NCBI GenBank assembly: GCA_965224085.1
Contig: CBDCYI010000005.1
Coordinates: 2,239,424 to 2,303,423, forward strand
Length of the DNA: 64,000 nucleotides
Direction of reading: 5' to 3'
Source: Candidatus Marinacidobacterales bacterium
Lineage (GTDB): Bacteria; Acidobacteriota; Vicinamibacteria; Marinacidobacterales; SMYC01
Position numbers and translations under genes: made by a program. The notes beneath the pieces were generated by a model, which saw only the letters and a list, made by a program, of their open reading frames with translations, was not told the DNA's origin and ran no database searches. Positions 1-13,177 of this stretch are shown in pieces; positions within the stretch are counted from its first letter, which is position 1, and each line of letters begins with the position of its first letter.

Positions 1-147
1 GTAGGCTTCGTCTGCCAGACGCACGTGAAGGCTCTCTCGATCCGCATCCGAGTAGACGGCGGCCGAGCCCACCCCGAGCTCCCGCAAACCCCGCTCGATA
101 CGAACGGCAATTTCACCACGATTAGCGATCAGAACTTTTTTGAACAT
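1..147 (-). CDS. accC: acetyl/propionyl-CoA carboxylase biotin carboxylase subunit, N-terminus (runs off window)
   Basis: Manual translation from ATG at 147: [25 protein letters not shown]...[18 protein letters not shown], the biotin carboxylase N-terminal motif; directly downstream of the carboxyltransferase gene. Confidence 0.85.
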   Translation of the reverse strand, partial: MFKKVLIANRGEIAVRIERGLRELGVGSAAVYSDADRESLHVRLADEAY

Positions 148-266
148 AGGCGTTTTGACTCGGTCGGTGGGACCAGTCGACATAACTCGATAGGACGTCG
201 TCGGCTCGCCTTGTCAGCAACAAAAATGGCCTAGGCCTTCACCGACAGGATCAGCGGGTGCGAGCA

Positions 267-1817
<1,551 letters not shown>

Positions 1818-1819
1818 GC

Positions 1820-2479
1820 TCAGACGGCGGTGCCGACCTTTTGCGCTTTGCGGTGATCTTCGAGAAAGCGCTCGAGGCCGATATCCGTCAAAGGATGCTT
1901 CAGGAGGGCCTTATACACCTTGCCCGGAATCGTCGCGATGTCTGCTCCGATGCGGGCCGCTTCTATGACGTGAAGCGGGTTGCGAATGCTTGCGACGAGA
2001 ATTTGGGTATCGAAGTCGTAGTTCTGATACACCTGACGGATGTCGCGGATGAGCGACATCCCGTCCGTGCCGATATCGTCGAGGCGCCCTACGAATGGGC
2101 TCACGATGTAAGCGCCGGCCTTCGCGGCGAAGATCGCTTGCGGCACCGAGAAACAAAGGGTGACGTTCGAGCGAATGCCGTCTTCTTTGAGCGTGCGCAC
2201 AGCCTTCAAGCCTTCGGCGATCAGCGGACACTTGACGACGATATTGGGCGCGATCTTCGCGATCTCTCGGCCTTCGCGCACCATCCCAGCGGCGTCGGTA
2301 GACACGACCTCGCCGGAAACAGGACCCGGAACGATCGTGCATATCTGCTCGAGAATCTCGCGATCCGGCGCGGGCTCTTTGGCGAGCAAGCTTGGGTTCG
2401 TAGTGATGCCGTCGACGAGCCCGAGTTCGGCGAGCTCCCGAATCTCTTGTACGTTCGCGGTGTCTAGAAAGAATTTCAT
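1820..2479 (-). CDS. fsa: transaldolase / fructose-6-phosphate aldolase family protein
   Basis: [47 protein letters not shown] motifs. Confidence 0.93.
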   Translation of the reverse strand: MKFFLDTANVQEIRELAELGLVDGITTNPSLLAKEPAPDREILEQICTIVPGPVSGEVVSTDAAGMVREGREIAKIAPNIVVKCPLIAEGLKAVRTLKEDGIRSNVTLCFSVPQAIFAAKAGAYIVSPFVGRLDDIGTDGMSLIRDIRQVYQNYDFDTQILVASIRNPLHVIEAARIGADIATIPGKVYKALLKHPLTDIGLERFLEDHRKAQKVGTAV

Positions 2480-2551
2480 TTATCGTTTCCTCTATTCAGC
2501 GCGACCTTCGGATAGCCGGCCGATCGCTACTCTCTTGAGATGCCTAATATA

Positions 2552-4429
2552 CTACGGAGGCGTGAGCGTAACTTCGTCATATTCGCTCGGCTCGCTCTCG
2601 TTCTGGCCGGGAGCGTCGTCGATGGCGGTGACGTAGTAGAGATAGCGCACGCCGGGGCTCGCCGTGTCATCCCGGAAGGTGGGCGCGGTTAGGAGCTCTT
2701 CATTCAAGAGCTCGAACGGACCGCGATCGTTCTCGCCTCGATAGATGCGATAGCCGGCCGCGTCCGGCCGCGGGCTCTCGTCCCACGTGAGAAGAATGGC
2801 GTCTCCAGCGGAAACGCCGACGAGGCCGGTCGGAGGCCGAAGCGCGAAAGTGTCCACTGGGGTCAAACAAACTTCGGGTGAGGCTGCGCTTTCGATGCGA
2901 ACTTCGTTTCCGAGCGGAGGCGCTTCGGGAACGATGATGACCGGCTCGAGTGGATCGGTTTCGAGCAAGACTTCCGGGCTTGTCTCGAATGGCGCGAGCG
3001 GGCCAGATGGCTCGGTGGTCTCGGGCTCCGTGGTCTCCCGTGTCGCGGGCTCGGTAGCCGCAGGCTCGTTGATGAGCGTTGGGTCCGTGGCCTCCGGTGT
3101 CGCGGGCTCGGTAACCGCAGGCCCGTCGATGAGCGCGGACTCCGGTGCGAGTTCCTCCGTGCCCGCGATCGGGTCGATGACCGTGGGCAAGGCAGGTGGC
3201 GGTGGCACGGTCCTTACGATGTAACACGACGGAACATCGAAGACGGCCGTGCGGTCAGAGTAAGTCGTTATCGGGATCGGCCGCCCGTTGAGCGGGCGGT
3301 CCGGATAACTCTCGTCGGACTCGGCGCGCCGGAAAATCGCGTAATGCGGGACGTCCAGAACGACTTCTTCGTCGAGCTCGGCGGTGTCCGAATCGACCGT
3401 CTTGTTTTCTTCGTCGAGCTCGGCGGTGTCCGGATCGACCGCCTCTCTTTCTTCGTCGAGCTCGGCAGTGCCCGGATCGACCGCCTCCTCTTCCTGGTCG
3501 GGAGCAGGAAATTCTGGTGCGGCCGGCCAACTCAACGCCACGAACAAATCGTCCGACTTGGCGACGGGCGCTCCAGGAGGAGGCGGAAGCGCCTCAGCGG
3601 GATCGATTTGAAGCACCTTTGATCGAGGCCCGCGCCGATTCTTCTCGTTGGTGTAGATGACGGCATATTCGACCCGCTGGCCGATCCAGGCCGGATCGAT
3701 CGGGTCATCGTAGGACATGCGCTCGCCGAGCACCGTCGACTCGAGCGTGACGAGAGGCCGCGAGTTCGGCGCGAAAGCTGGGATGGTGATGCGCGGAAGC
3801 GGAGGCGGGCCGAGGTCTGCGGCCGGCTCGGTCGCGAGCGCTTCGAGGTCGCTGAGCAGTTCGAGCGCGTCCTGTGATTCGAGCCCTGCCTGCTCCAGGA
3901 CCTTGTCGAGAGCGATCACCCGTTCCTCGGCGGCGACGGTATCTTCGGCTTCCTCCTCTTCACCCAGCGGGTCAGGCCTGACATTCACGTCAGGCACGTC
4001 AGGCACGTCAGGCACATCAGGCACATCAGGCACGTCAGGCGCGTCAGGCGCGTCAGGCGCGTCAGGGGGGACACGTGAGGCAGGCGGGGGCTCCTCCGCC
4101 GACTCTGTTTCCGGGGTGGCCTCTACCGGCTCGCCGGTAAGCGGGTCGATGGTGACTTCCTCAGTCTCTTCCGGGTCCTTGGGCGTGATGATCTGCGTTT
4201 GCTCTTCGATGAGTGCCGGGAGGTCGATGATACGACGGCGAATATCGACGTCGCGGAGCATGACGTTCTCGGTGGACCCGTCTTGGTTTACGGACGGAGC
4301 CATCCATTCGAGGCGGATGACGTCGCCGACCTGCCGGATCGTGAACGCTTCGGCGGGCGCCGGTATCGGTCGCAATGGGGGCAGAGGGTCACCACGCTTA
4401 CCACAGGCCACGAACACCGCGGCCATCAC
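2552..4429 (-). CDS. acidic Pro/Glu-rich lipoprotein with fibronectin type III-like segments
   Basis: Lipobox-like FVAC followed by GKRGDPLPP; C-terminal FN3-like LTWD...GYRIYR...YYVTAID; start uncertain (track extends ORF to 4546, overlapping hslU). Confidence 0.75.
   Translation of the reverse strand: MMAAVFVACGKRGDPLPPLRPIPAPAEAFTIRQVGDVIRLEWMAPSVNQDGSTENVMLRDVDIRRRIIDLPALIEEQTQIITPKDPEETEEVTIDPLTGEPVEATPETESAEEPPPASRVPPDAPDAPDAPDVPDVPDVPDVPDVPDVNVRPDPLGEEEEAEDTVAAEERVIALDKVLEQAGLESQDALELLSDLEALATEPAADLGPPPLPRITIPAFAPNSRPLVTLESTVLGERMSYDDPIDPAWIGQRVEYAVIYTNEKNRRGPRSKVLQIDPAEALPPPPGAPVAKSDDLFVALSWPAAPEFPAPDQEEEAVDPGTAELDEEREAVDPDTAELDEENKTVDSDTAELDEEVVLDVPHYAIFRRAESDESYPDRPLNGRPIPITTYSDRTAVFDVPSCYIVRTVPPPPALPTVIDPIAGTEELAPESALIDGPAVTEPATPEATDPTLINEPAATEPATRETTEPETTEPSGPLAPFETSPEVLLETDPLEPVIIVPEAPPLGNEVRIESAASPEVCLTPVDTFALRPPTGLVGVSAGDAILLTWDESPRPDAAGYRIYRGENDRGPFELLNEELLTAPTFRDDTASPGVRYLYYVTAIDDAPGQNESEPSEYDEVTLTPP
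3365..3492. repeat. about 3 copies of a 42-bp coding tandem repeat
   Basis: Encodes EEEAVDPGTAELD / EEREAVDPDTAELD / EENKTVDSDTAELD. Confidence 0.85.
3986..4066. repeat. 9 x 9-bp coding tandem repeat (CRCRTCAGG)
   Basis: Nine consecutive units cacgtcagg/cacatcagg/cgcgtcagg encoding (PDA)3(PDV)6. Confidence 0.95.
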
Positions 4430-4451
4430 AAACTTTGCAAACAGCGCTTTT

Positions 4452-5909
<1,458 letters not shown>

Positions 5910-5935
5910 GGATCCTTACTGGCTCCGAGCTCGGC

Positions 5936-6487
5936 TTAGAGCTCCTCCAACAAAATGCGGTCGTTCGTGTAGACGCAAATCTCGGCGGTGATCTTCATCG
6001 CCCGCTGCGCCACCTCCGCCGCAGAAAGAGACGTATGGGCCATCAGCGCGCGCGCCGCGGCTAGCGCATAGGGCCCACCTGAGCCGATGGCAAGGACCCC
6101 GTCGTCTGGCTCAATGAGATCGCCGTTGCCGGACAGGAGCAGGATGTGCGCTTTGTCCGCGACGAGGAGCAAAGCGTCGAGACGGCGGAGAGCGCGATCG
6201 GTTCGCCAATCTTTGGCGAGCTCGACGGCCGCGCGCTCGAGATTGCCGCTGAACTCTTGGAGCTTGGCCTCGAACTTGCTGAACAAAGCCTGCGCATCGG
6301 CGGTCGTTCCCGCAAATCCGGCCACGACATTTCCATCCGACAAACGTCTTAGTTTTCTCGCGCCGTGTTTGACCACCGTGTCGCCGAGCGTCACCTGACC
6401 GTCGGCGGCCACGGCCGTTTGGCCGTTGACAGTGATGGCAAGAACCGTGGTCGAGCGGGTGTGCGTGGATGACGCCGATGGGGACAT
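5936..6487 (-). CDS. hslV: ATP-dependent protease peptidase subunit HslV
   Basis: [38 protein letters not shown]; immediately upstream of hslU. Confidence 0.96.
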   Translation of the reverse strand: MSPSASSTHTRSTTVLAITVNGQTAVAADGQVTLGDTVVKHGARKLRRLSDGNVVAGFAGTTADAQALFSKFEAKLQEFSGNLERAAVELAKDWRTDRALRRLDALLLVADKAHILLLSGNGDLIEPDDGVLAIGSGGPYALAAARALMAHTSLSAAEVAQRAMKITAEICVYTNDRILLEEL

Positions 6488-6558
6488 CTCAGCAGTATAC
6501 CTTGAACTCAGAGGGTACCTCCTCCGCGGCGCACTTTTCAGACCCCATCGCACCCTTT

Positions 6559-7329
6559 ATGATGGATAGACGACCCCAGGCTCCCGACAGAGATAACCGC
6601 AACCCAAATGCTCTCTCCGTACCGCGTACTGACGACGCCATGACCGAGCTGAAGCGCCTCGCCAACCGTGACCTCATCCAGGACCTCACCCAGGCCGGCG
6701 CGAACGACCCTCTGTGGCTGGAGTTCATCGCTCGCTTCCGGGCGGGTATCCGGGTCACCGTGCTCCGAACGCTTCGGACGGAGGCGGAAAGAACGCCGGG
6801 CGTCGCCGCAAACGAGTCTCCGGAGCTTATCGAGGACTTGACCCAGGAAGTTTTCGTCAGGCTCCACGAGTTTAATCGTCGCGCGCTCTCACGGTTCCAA
6901 GGACGGACTGAGCTCTCGGCCTATACCTATTTGAATACGATCGCTGTCAATCTGGTTCGCGACCATTGCAAGAGCCTCCGTGCGCTGAAGACGCCAAAGG
7001 TCACCGCCTCGCTCTCCCACCCGGTCACCACGGAGACAGCGACGGAAGGCCCCAACTATGCACAGACGCTCGTAAGCGAGGGCCCGGGGCCCGAGCGCTT
7101 CATCGCTGCGAGGGAGCTCCGCGAGGAGATCCGGGTCGCGATCGATCAAGTGGCGCCGAGCGCGACGACCGTCCCGCGGGATCGGTCGATTTTCCAGCTC
7201 TTTTTCGTGGAGCGCTTGACCGTCGATGAAATCGCTCGAAAACGCTCGATCCGGCTCTCGGCGAGCGGCGTCGAAAAGCGCATTCGCCGCATGCGCGAGG
7301 CCCTGAAAGCAAAATTTTCGACCGAGTGA
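6559..7329 (+). CDS. ECF-type RNA polymerase sigma factor
   Basis: EDLTQEVFVRL and YLNTIAVNLVRDH (region 2); LTVDEIA...GVEKRIRRMREALK (region 4). Confidence 0.85.
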   Translation: MMDRRPQAPDRDNRNPNALSVPRTDDAMTELKRLANRDLIQDLTQAGANDPLWLEFIARFRAGIRVTVLRTLRTEAERTPGVAANESPELIEDLTQEVFVRLHEFNRRALSRFQGRTELSAYTYLNTIAVNLVRDHCKSLRALKTPKVTASLSHPVTTETATEGPNYAQTLVSEGPGPERFIAARELREEIRVAIDQVAPSATTVPRDRSIFQLFFVERLTVDEIARKRSIRLSASGVEKRIRRMREALKAKFSTE

Positions 7330-8375
7330 GGGAGGTAAAGGCTCCAAAAACTCGTCTATTAATGAGTGGAGGCCCGAATTCCATGGCAGCAGAGCCAGCA
7401 CGTGAAGCCCGTCCGGAAAGCACGTTGCAAAACAACCCGTCCGATCACTTCTCTCCTGAAGAGCTCTACGAGCTCGTCGAAGACCGCCTTTCGCGGCGGA
7501 AGTTGAAAGTCGTCGAAGCGCATCTCGCCGACTGCGCCGATTGTGTCGAAACTCTCGCCATGGTGCTTCGTGCCGAGCGTCCCGCCTCTCGCGAAGAACA
7601 AGAAATCCTCGCCAAAGCGCCTGAGCTTTCCAATGCCGAGCTCCTCTCACGATTGCGGCCGCATATCGATGCGTCGGCGGCAGCGAGGGCGGGCTCGCGC
7701 GTTGTCGAATGGAAGCCCATCATCATTACGTTCGTTCTGGCTGCACTGATCCTTTCCGGAGGTTCTATCGTCCGGACGCGCTATTGGCTTCCGGCTGCCA
7801 GTCGTCGTGCCGCGACGGAAACGCTCGAGGCGCTCGTGGATCTTCGCCAGGCGACGGGGCGTATACCCCTCCGCTACATCACGGAGTTCGAGCGGGCCGG
7901 CGTCGTCCGCAGTGGGTTCGACGACGTCAATGACGCCGAGCTCCAGCTCGTGGCGAATCTTCGTGCGGCCGTCGAGCGGGCGCCAGAGACCGAGGCGCTG
8001 CTCGTGCTCGGCTTATTACTTCTTGACGGCGGGCAACTCGACGAGGCGGAAGAGCTTCTCACCCGTGTCCGCGACCAAGACCCAGGCTCCGTCAGCGCGG
8101 TCAACGCTTTGGCCGTGGTTTACTACGAACGTGCGCGCATCGATCCGGATGGTGGCCACGCATTCCACCAGAAAGGCCTTGCGCTTCTGCGCGAAGCCGA
8201 AGCGCTCGATCCCGAAGACTTGAGCGTGCTCTACAACTACGGCAAGTTCTACCAGGCGATGGAGATGCACTATCCCGCGGTCCGCGCTTTGCGGCGCTAC
8301 ATCGAGAAAGATCAGTCGTCCCAATGGGCCGAGGAAGCTGCCTACGACTTTGCTAAGCTGACAGCGGCGCCCTGA
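7326..8375 (+). CDS. zf-HC2 anti-sigma-type membrane protein with C-terminal TPRs
   Basis: H...HLADCADC zinc motif, one TM segment, TPR-like helices; overlaps the sigma stop codon. Confidence 0.8.
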   Translation: MREVKAPKTRLLMSGGPNSMAAEPAREARPESTLQNNPSDHFSPEELYELVEDRLSRRKLKVVEAHLADCADCVETLAMVLRAERPASREEQEILAKAPELSNAELLSRLRPHIDASAAARAGSRVVEWKPIIITFVLAALILSGGSIVRTRYWLPAASRRAATETLEALVDLRQATGRIPLRYITEFERAGVVRSGFDDVNDAELQLVANLRAAVERAPETEALLVLGLLLLDGGQLDEAEELLTRVRDQDPGSVSAVNALAVVYYERARIDPDGGHAFHQKGLALLREAEALDPEDLSVLYNYGKFYQAMEMHYPAVRALRRYIEKDQSSQWAEEAAYDFAKLTAAP

Positions 8376-9637
8376 GTCAGCCCGATCATCAAATCGTTGA
8401 CATTGGTGCCCGTGGGGCCTGTCTTCAACAACGCGCCCAAGGCATCGAAGAAAGGGTATGCGTCGTTGTTCGCGAGATAGTCCTGAGGCTCTAGACCCGC
8501 CTCGCGGCCCCGAGCCCAAGTGCCGCCATCCGCGAAAGCGCCGGCTGCGTCGGTGGGACCGTCGGTACCGTCGCTCCCCGCGGCCAGCACGCCGACGCCG
8601 CTCGCACCCCGAAGCTCGCGGGCCGTGACGAGCGCGAATTCCTGACTTCGCCCGCCCAATCCGCTACCGGTAACTTCGAGGGTGAGCTCGCCGCCAGCGA
8701 TGAGGGCGACGGGCTCCGGCCTCTTTTGACACTCGCGAAGAGCTTTGGCGAACGCTCGGGCTCGTTCGTGGACCGGGCCTACGAGGTCGTCGGCAAAGAT
8801 CTCGACATCAAACCCGAGCGCCGAAGCGGCAGCGCGCGCGGCCGCGACGAGGTCCCGATTGCTGCCGAGGATGATGTGCTCCGCGTTGTCGAGCGCCGCG
8901 GCGCCCGGCTTTGGTGTCTCGGAAATAACGCCTCGCACTCCTTCGCGCAGATGCCGCATCACACGCTTAGGCGCCTCGTCGGAAAGGTGGTAACCGTCCA
9001 AGATGGCCACCGCCTCTTCGAACGTCGATGGGTCGGCCGTCGTCGGACCGGAACCGATCGAGGAGAGATCGTTACCGATGACATCGGATACCACGAGCGT
9101 CAGGACTCGTGCCGGCAAGAGTTGCTCGAGAAGGCGCCCTCCTTTGACCGCCGAAAGGTGCTTGCGCACGGCGTTGAGCTCTTGGATGGTCGCGCCCGAA
9201 CGCAGGAGAAGCTCTGTTACTGAGACCTTGTCCTCGAGGCTCAGCCCGTCCGCGGGCGCGACAAGAACAGCCGACGCGCCGCCCGTGAGCAGGAAGACAA
9301 CGCGGTCGTCGGCGTGCGTGTTCGTCAGGTCGTGGCGGAGCCTCGCCGTCGCTTCGAGACCAGCGGCGTCCGGGAGTGGGTGCCCGCCCTCCTCTACGCT
9401 CAGACGCGACACTGTCGCGCCGTGTCCGTGCTTGACGAGAACGCGTCCTGTGTAGTCCCGGCTGCCGAGGCGGCCCTCGAGCCCAGCGGCGAGATGCGCC
9501 GAGGCTTTTCCCGCGCCGAAGACGAGCAGTCGGCCAGAGCCGGCCGGAGACGGCAGCGCGATGTCTTCCACCAAACGGGAGGGCTCCATCCGCACGAGGC
9601 CCGCTTCAAAGATGGCCGTCGCTTTTTGTCGCAACAT
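8342..9637 (-). CDS. glycerate 2-kinase (DUF4147/MOFRL family)
   Basis: GAGKA, GHPLPD, LTGGASA, RKHLSAVKGG, SDVIG, GGE, SDGTDG, TGTNVND. Confidence 0.92.
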   Translation of the reverse strand: MLRQKATAIFEAGLVRMEPSRLVEDIALPSPAGSGRLLVFGAGKASAHLAAGLEGRLGSRDYTGRVLVKHGHGATVSRLSVEEGGHPLPDAAGLEATARLRHDLTNTHADDRVVFLLTGGASAVLVAPADGLSLEDKVSVTELLLRSGATIQELNAVRKHLSAVKGGRLLEQLLPARVLTLVVSDVIGNDLSSIGSGPTTADPSTFEEAVAILDGYHLSDEAPKRVMRHLREGVRGVISETPKPGAAALDNAEHIILGSNRDLVAAARAAASALGFDVEIFADDLVGPVHERARAFAKALRECQKRPEPVALIAGGELTLEVTGSGLGGRSQEFALVTARELRGASGVGVLAAGSDGTDGPTDAAGAFADGGTWARGREAGLEPQDYLANNDAYPFFDALGALLKTGPTGTNVNDLMIGLTQGAAVSLAKS

Positions 9638-9673
9638 GGAGCCGTAGTATCGCTTCTTGCCTGAACCCGTAAC

Positions 9674-11233
9674 CTACTTCGACGCGCGAACCGGACGAAA
9701 GGAAAGATCCTCGTAGCCGTAGGCCGAGTCGGCCGCGGGGGAGAAGGGTTTAAGGTCCATGGCGTCAACGGAGCCGCCCGCCCCGAGCGAGAACGTGACG
9801 AACGCGTCCGCATTCGAATGATGGCCCCAGCGGACGACGAAAGTGTCGTGGTTCCAGTGCTCGAGGGGACCGTTGAACGAGGGCGATCTGGAAAAGCGCA
9901 TCACGAGGCGACCACTCGATGCCTCCACCGTGACATTCCCATACAGAGCATCGTTGAAGGTACCGGCATAGCTTTTGAGACTCAACGACGGCGAGGTTCC
10001 TTCGACGCGCGCCGCGAGAAGAGCGTCCATCCGCTCGTGAAAGCGCCGGTTCAAGATCTTGCCCGCCTCCTGGCGCGCTGCAATCCAATCAGTGGGTGGC
10101 GCGTCGTCCAGATAGGCGTCGAGGATCCAATACGTCAAGGAGGATTGAAACGATGTCTCTTGATTCGTCAGGATCACGATGCCGAGGCGCTCTCCGGGAA
10201 TGAGCGTTGTTAATGACGTCATCCCGGCCAGGCCGCCGCCGTGATAGACCATCTTTTGTCCCTTGTAGTCCTTGAGCCTCCACCCGAGACCGTAGGCGTA
10301 CCACGTCGGCTTCAGCGTCCTGAGAGGACGCAACGGATTCCCGATACCGATGGTGGTTTGCGGAGACCACATCTCCTTCGATTGCCTCTCGCTGAAGATC
10401 CGCGTCTCGCCGAGCTTGCCGCGGCCGAGCTGAACGAGGAGCCACTTCGAAAGGTCGGAGACGCTGGCATTGATGGCGCCGGCGGGGCCGAGGGTGTCGA
10501 CGTTCTCGCTCTCGATCGGCTGGACTTCAGAATCCATGAATACGTGAGGCATCGCCCAATTGCCGTCCGGCGTGCGTTTTGTAATGCTCGAATTTGCGTG
10601 CGACATCCCGAGCGGCGCGAAGATACGCTCCGCGACGAACGCGTCCCAGCTCTTTCCGGTCACCGCCGGAATGATTTGCCCTGCGACGATGACCATAACG
10701 TTCGAATAGGCGTAGCGGCTGCGAAAGCCCCGGACGGGCTTCAAGAAGCGAAGCCGTTCTATCAATTCGTCCCGGGTATAGGTGGAGCGCAGCCAAAGCA
10801 AATCACCTCCGCCCGAGCGGAAGCCGCTACGATGTGTCACGAGATCGCGGATCGTGATCTCACGCGTGACCCAAGGATCGTAGAGTCGAAAATTCGGCAG
10901 ATGATCGATGACGCGATCGTTCCAGGAGATCTTCCCTTCGTCGACGAGGATGGCGAGCGCGGCGGCTGTGAACGCTTTGGAGCACGATGCGATCGCGAAG
11001 AGGGTCTCGGGGTCCACGGGCGCGGGGCTACCCAGGGTCCGCACGCCATAGCCTTTGGATAAAACGACCTCGCCATCTTTGACTACGGCGATGGCGGCCC
11101 CCGGGACGTCGAAAGTCTCGAGCGCACGTTGGGCGTAGGCGTCGAGCGCGTGAACATCGAGCTCGCGAGCTTGAACGCCAAGAGCGATGGTCCAAATAAC
11201 GACGGCAGCGGAAAGCTTGACGAGCGACCTCAA
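9674..11233 (-). CDS. serine hydrolase (beta-lactamase family) with DUF3471-like C-terminus
   Basis: Signal peptide, SCSK (SxxK), YSN, HGG; LVTHRSG. Confidence 0.9.
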   Translation of the reverse strand: MRSLVKLSAAVVIWTIALGVQARELDVHALDAYAQRALETFDVPGAAIAVVKDGEVVLSKGYGVRTLGSPAPVDPETLFAIASCSKAFTAAALAILVDEGKISWNDRVIDHLPNFRLYDPWVTREITIRDLVTHRSGFRSGGGDLLWLRSTYTRDELIERLRFLKPVRGFRSRYAYSNVMVIVAGQIIPAVTGKSWDAFVAERIFAPLGMSHANSSITKRTPDGNWAMPHVFMDSEVQPIESENVDTLGPAGAINASVSDLSKWLLVQLGRGKLGETRIFSERQSKEMWSPQTTIGIGNPLRPLRTLKPTWYAYGLGWRLKDYKGQKMVYHGGGLAGMTSLTTLIPGERLGIVILTNQETSFQSSLTYWILDAYLDDAPPTDWIAARQEAGKILNRRFHERMDALLAARVEGTSPSLSLKSYAGTFNDALYGNVTVEASSGRLVMRFSRSPSFNGPLEHWNHDTFVVRWGHHSNADAFVTFSLGAGGSVDAMDLKPFSPAADSAYGYEDLSFRPVRASK

Positions 11234-11307
11234 ATGACCCTCCGCAAAGATTGTACTTCCGAAAGCGAAGCCGAAGTATATTCTTACTTACCAGGGAGCT
11301 TTCAGGG

Positions 11308-12873
11308 CTAGAAGCCGATGCGGGAGCCGGCGGAAAAAAGCCACCGGCTCCGACCATCGATCGGGTCGAGCGCGTAAGCGACATCGATGCGAATGCCCCG
11401 TCTCGATGTGGAGACACGGTTCGCGCCCAGCAACAAGCTCACGCCGATATCCGAGTGCATATCTGAAAAGCGCATCGGCTGGCCCCGAGGCCAGGCGAAG
11501 CCGGAGTCGAAAAAAGCGGCCACCCCGATAGACAAAAGCCGGGCGATTTCATCCGTGAGGAACCAGCGGCCTTCCAAACTGAGTAGAAACGAGCGATTGC
11601 CGTTGAACTGACGGACGGGGTAGCCGCGAAGACCGCTTTCCGCCCCGAGCCGAAACTGCACTTCTGGATCGAGCTCGGTCCCATACAGAAAGTCGGCCTT
11701 GGCGAGAATCAGCTTGCGGAGCGACAGCTTTTGGACAACGTTCGCGCGCGCGTGGAGCACCCCGTTCTCGATCCGGTCATTTCGGTAGCGTGCCCGCCAG
11801 GAAATATTACCGAGGACGAAGCCGTCCCGAAGCGGTAGCCCTCTGCGCTCGCCCAGAAAGAAGGAATAGGAGGTTCGATCCTCGCCTCCGAGCGCGGGGG
11901 TCGAGATCCCGAAAAAGGCGGAGGCCACGTTACCGAGATTGATGTCTTCGGTCAGCTCGAAGCGGTTGATGTGGGTGAGCTTCAAAAAACGGTGTGCGAC
12001 GCTGCTCACGCCGAGCTGCAGAATGCCAAAGCGGCGGACGTTCTTGCCTTCGGCGATGTCGTCCTCGGAGCTAACATAGGCGAGATGAAGCCGCACAGCG
12101 CTCGTCGGGTTACGCTTCATCGCGCGGGCGATGTGAAACTCGCCTCGTCGTCTGTCATGTCTGAGCTCTGCGACACGCTCGCCTTCTTTGAACAATGGGT
12201 CGAGGCGATCGAAGTCTTCGAACACGGCATGGAAGCTCCAAAGCGTGCCGATCGAGAAAAACGGGCGGGTCGCGGAGAGGTTGACACGATGCCCGTCGGA
12301 GGCGCTCGATAGCAACAAACGGCTCGTGACGCGCGAGCCGAAAGTTCGAGGATCGCGATAGAACACGAAACTCTCGTCGCGATCCAGACCTGAGTCATGC
12401 AGTAACCGGAGCTGCTTTCCCCAGCCGAGCAAGTTGGTTTCGGACGCGCCCGCTGCCCAGACCCACTCGTTGCCGACTTTGGCTAAACGAAGCTCTGGTA
12501 GCGTCGACCATGCATCGGAAGTGATGACGTGCACACGGACGCGCCCGTCCAAAAGCGGAATCATTTCGATTTCTGCTCGTCGCAAAAACGGCAAAGCGCG
12601 CAAGTTTCGCTCGCTTTGAGCGACCGCTTCCGTGTCGATAGGGTCCCCTACCGCAAAGAGAAGCTCCTGACGGATGATGCTTTCGCGTGTCTCGATATGC
12701 AGTCGGTTGGCCGCCCGATAGAGCCACAGGTCGGGTGTGTGGCCTTTGTCCTCGAACACGTCCTCGACAGAGATCACGATGGTCTCGATAATCGGCGCCG
12801 GTGCTTCGTCTTGTGCCGAGGAGCACGCGCAAACGAGAAGCATCGCAAGAAAAGCTCGGAAGAAGCGTAGCAT
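11308..12873 (-). CDS. Omp85/BamA-like outer membrane protein
   Basis: Signal peptide, POTRA-like IIRQELLF..G...SERNLR, LRGYP loop motif, terminal Phe. Confidence 0.8.
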   Translation of the reverse strand: MLRFFRAFLAMLLVCACSSAQDEAPAPIIETIVISVEDVFEDKGHTPDLWLYRAANRLHIETRESIIRQELLFAVGDPIDTEAVAQSERNLRALPFLRRAEIEMIPLLDGRVRVHVITSDAWSTLPELRLAKVGNEWVWAAGASETNLLGWGKQLRLLHDSGLDRDESFVFYRDPRTFGSRVTSRLLLSSASDGHRVNLSATRPFFSIGTLWSFHAVFEDFDRLDPLFKEGERVAELRHDRRRGEFHIARAMKRNPTSAVRLHLAYVSSEDDIAEGKNVRRFGILQLGVSSVAHRFLKLTHINRFELTEDINLGNVASAFFGISTPALGGEDRTSYSFFLGERRGLPLRDGFVLGNISWRARYRNDRIENGVLHARANVVQKLSLRKLILAKADFLYGTELDPEVQFRLGAESGLRGYPVRQFNGNRSFLLSLEGRWFLTDEIARLLSIGVAAFFDSGFAWPRGQPMRFSDMHSDIGVSLLLGANRVSTSRRGIRIDVAYALDPIDGRSRWLFSAGSRIGF

Positions 12874-12981
12874 CGGGGCCTATGTCGTAATCTACGGGGC
12901 ACGGGCGTGTCAGGCAAGTCTGCTATACTCCGCCCGTCCGAGGCATAGGACCCACACGAAAAACTACAGGAGTCATCGAGT

Positions 12982-13177
12982 ATGAACGACGCGAAGGAGT
13001 GGTACGTCGCTCGCGGCAGTGAAAGAGTCGGTCCTTTGACCCGGAGCGAGCTCGCGAGCGCTTTTCAATCGGGCGAAAATAGCCCCGAGTCTCTCGTTTT
13101 CAAACAAGGGATGAGCGGCTGGACGGCCGCCTCCCAGGTCGTCGAGCTCAGAGACTTGCTCGCGGCCGGCGCACCGC
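12982..13177 (+). pseudogene. GYF_2/DUF4339 domain protein truncated by IS5
   Basis: WYVARGSERVGP...SLVFKQGMSGWTAASQVVEL, then the frame runs into the IS terminal repeat. Confidence 0.75.
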
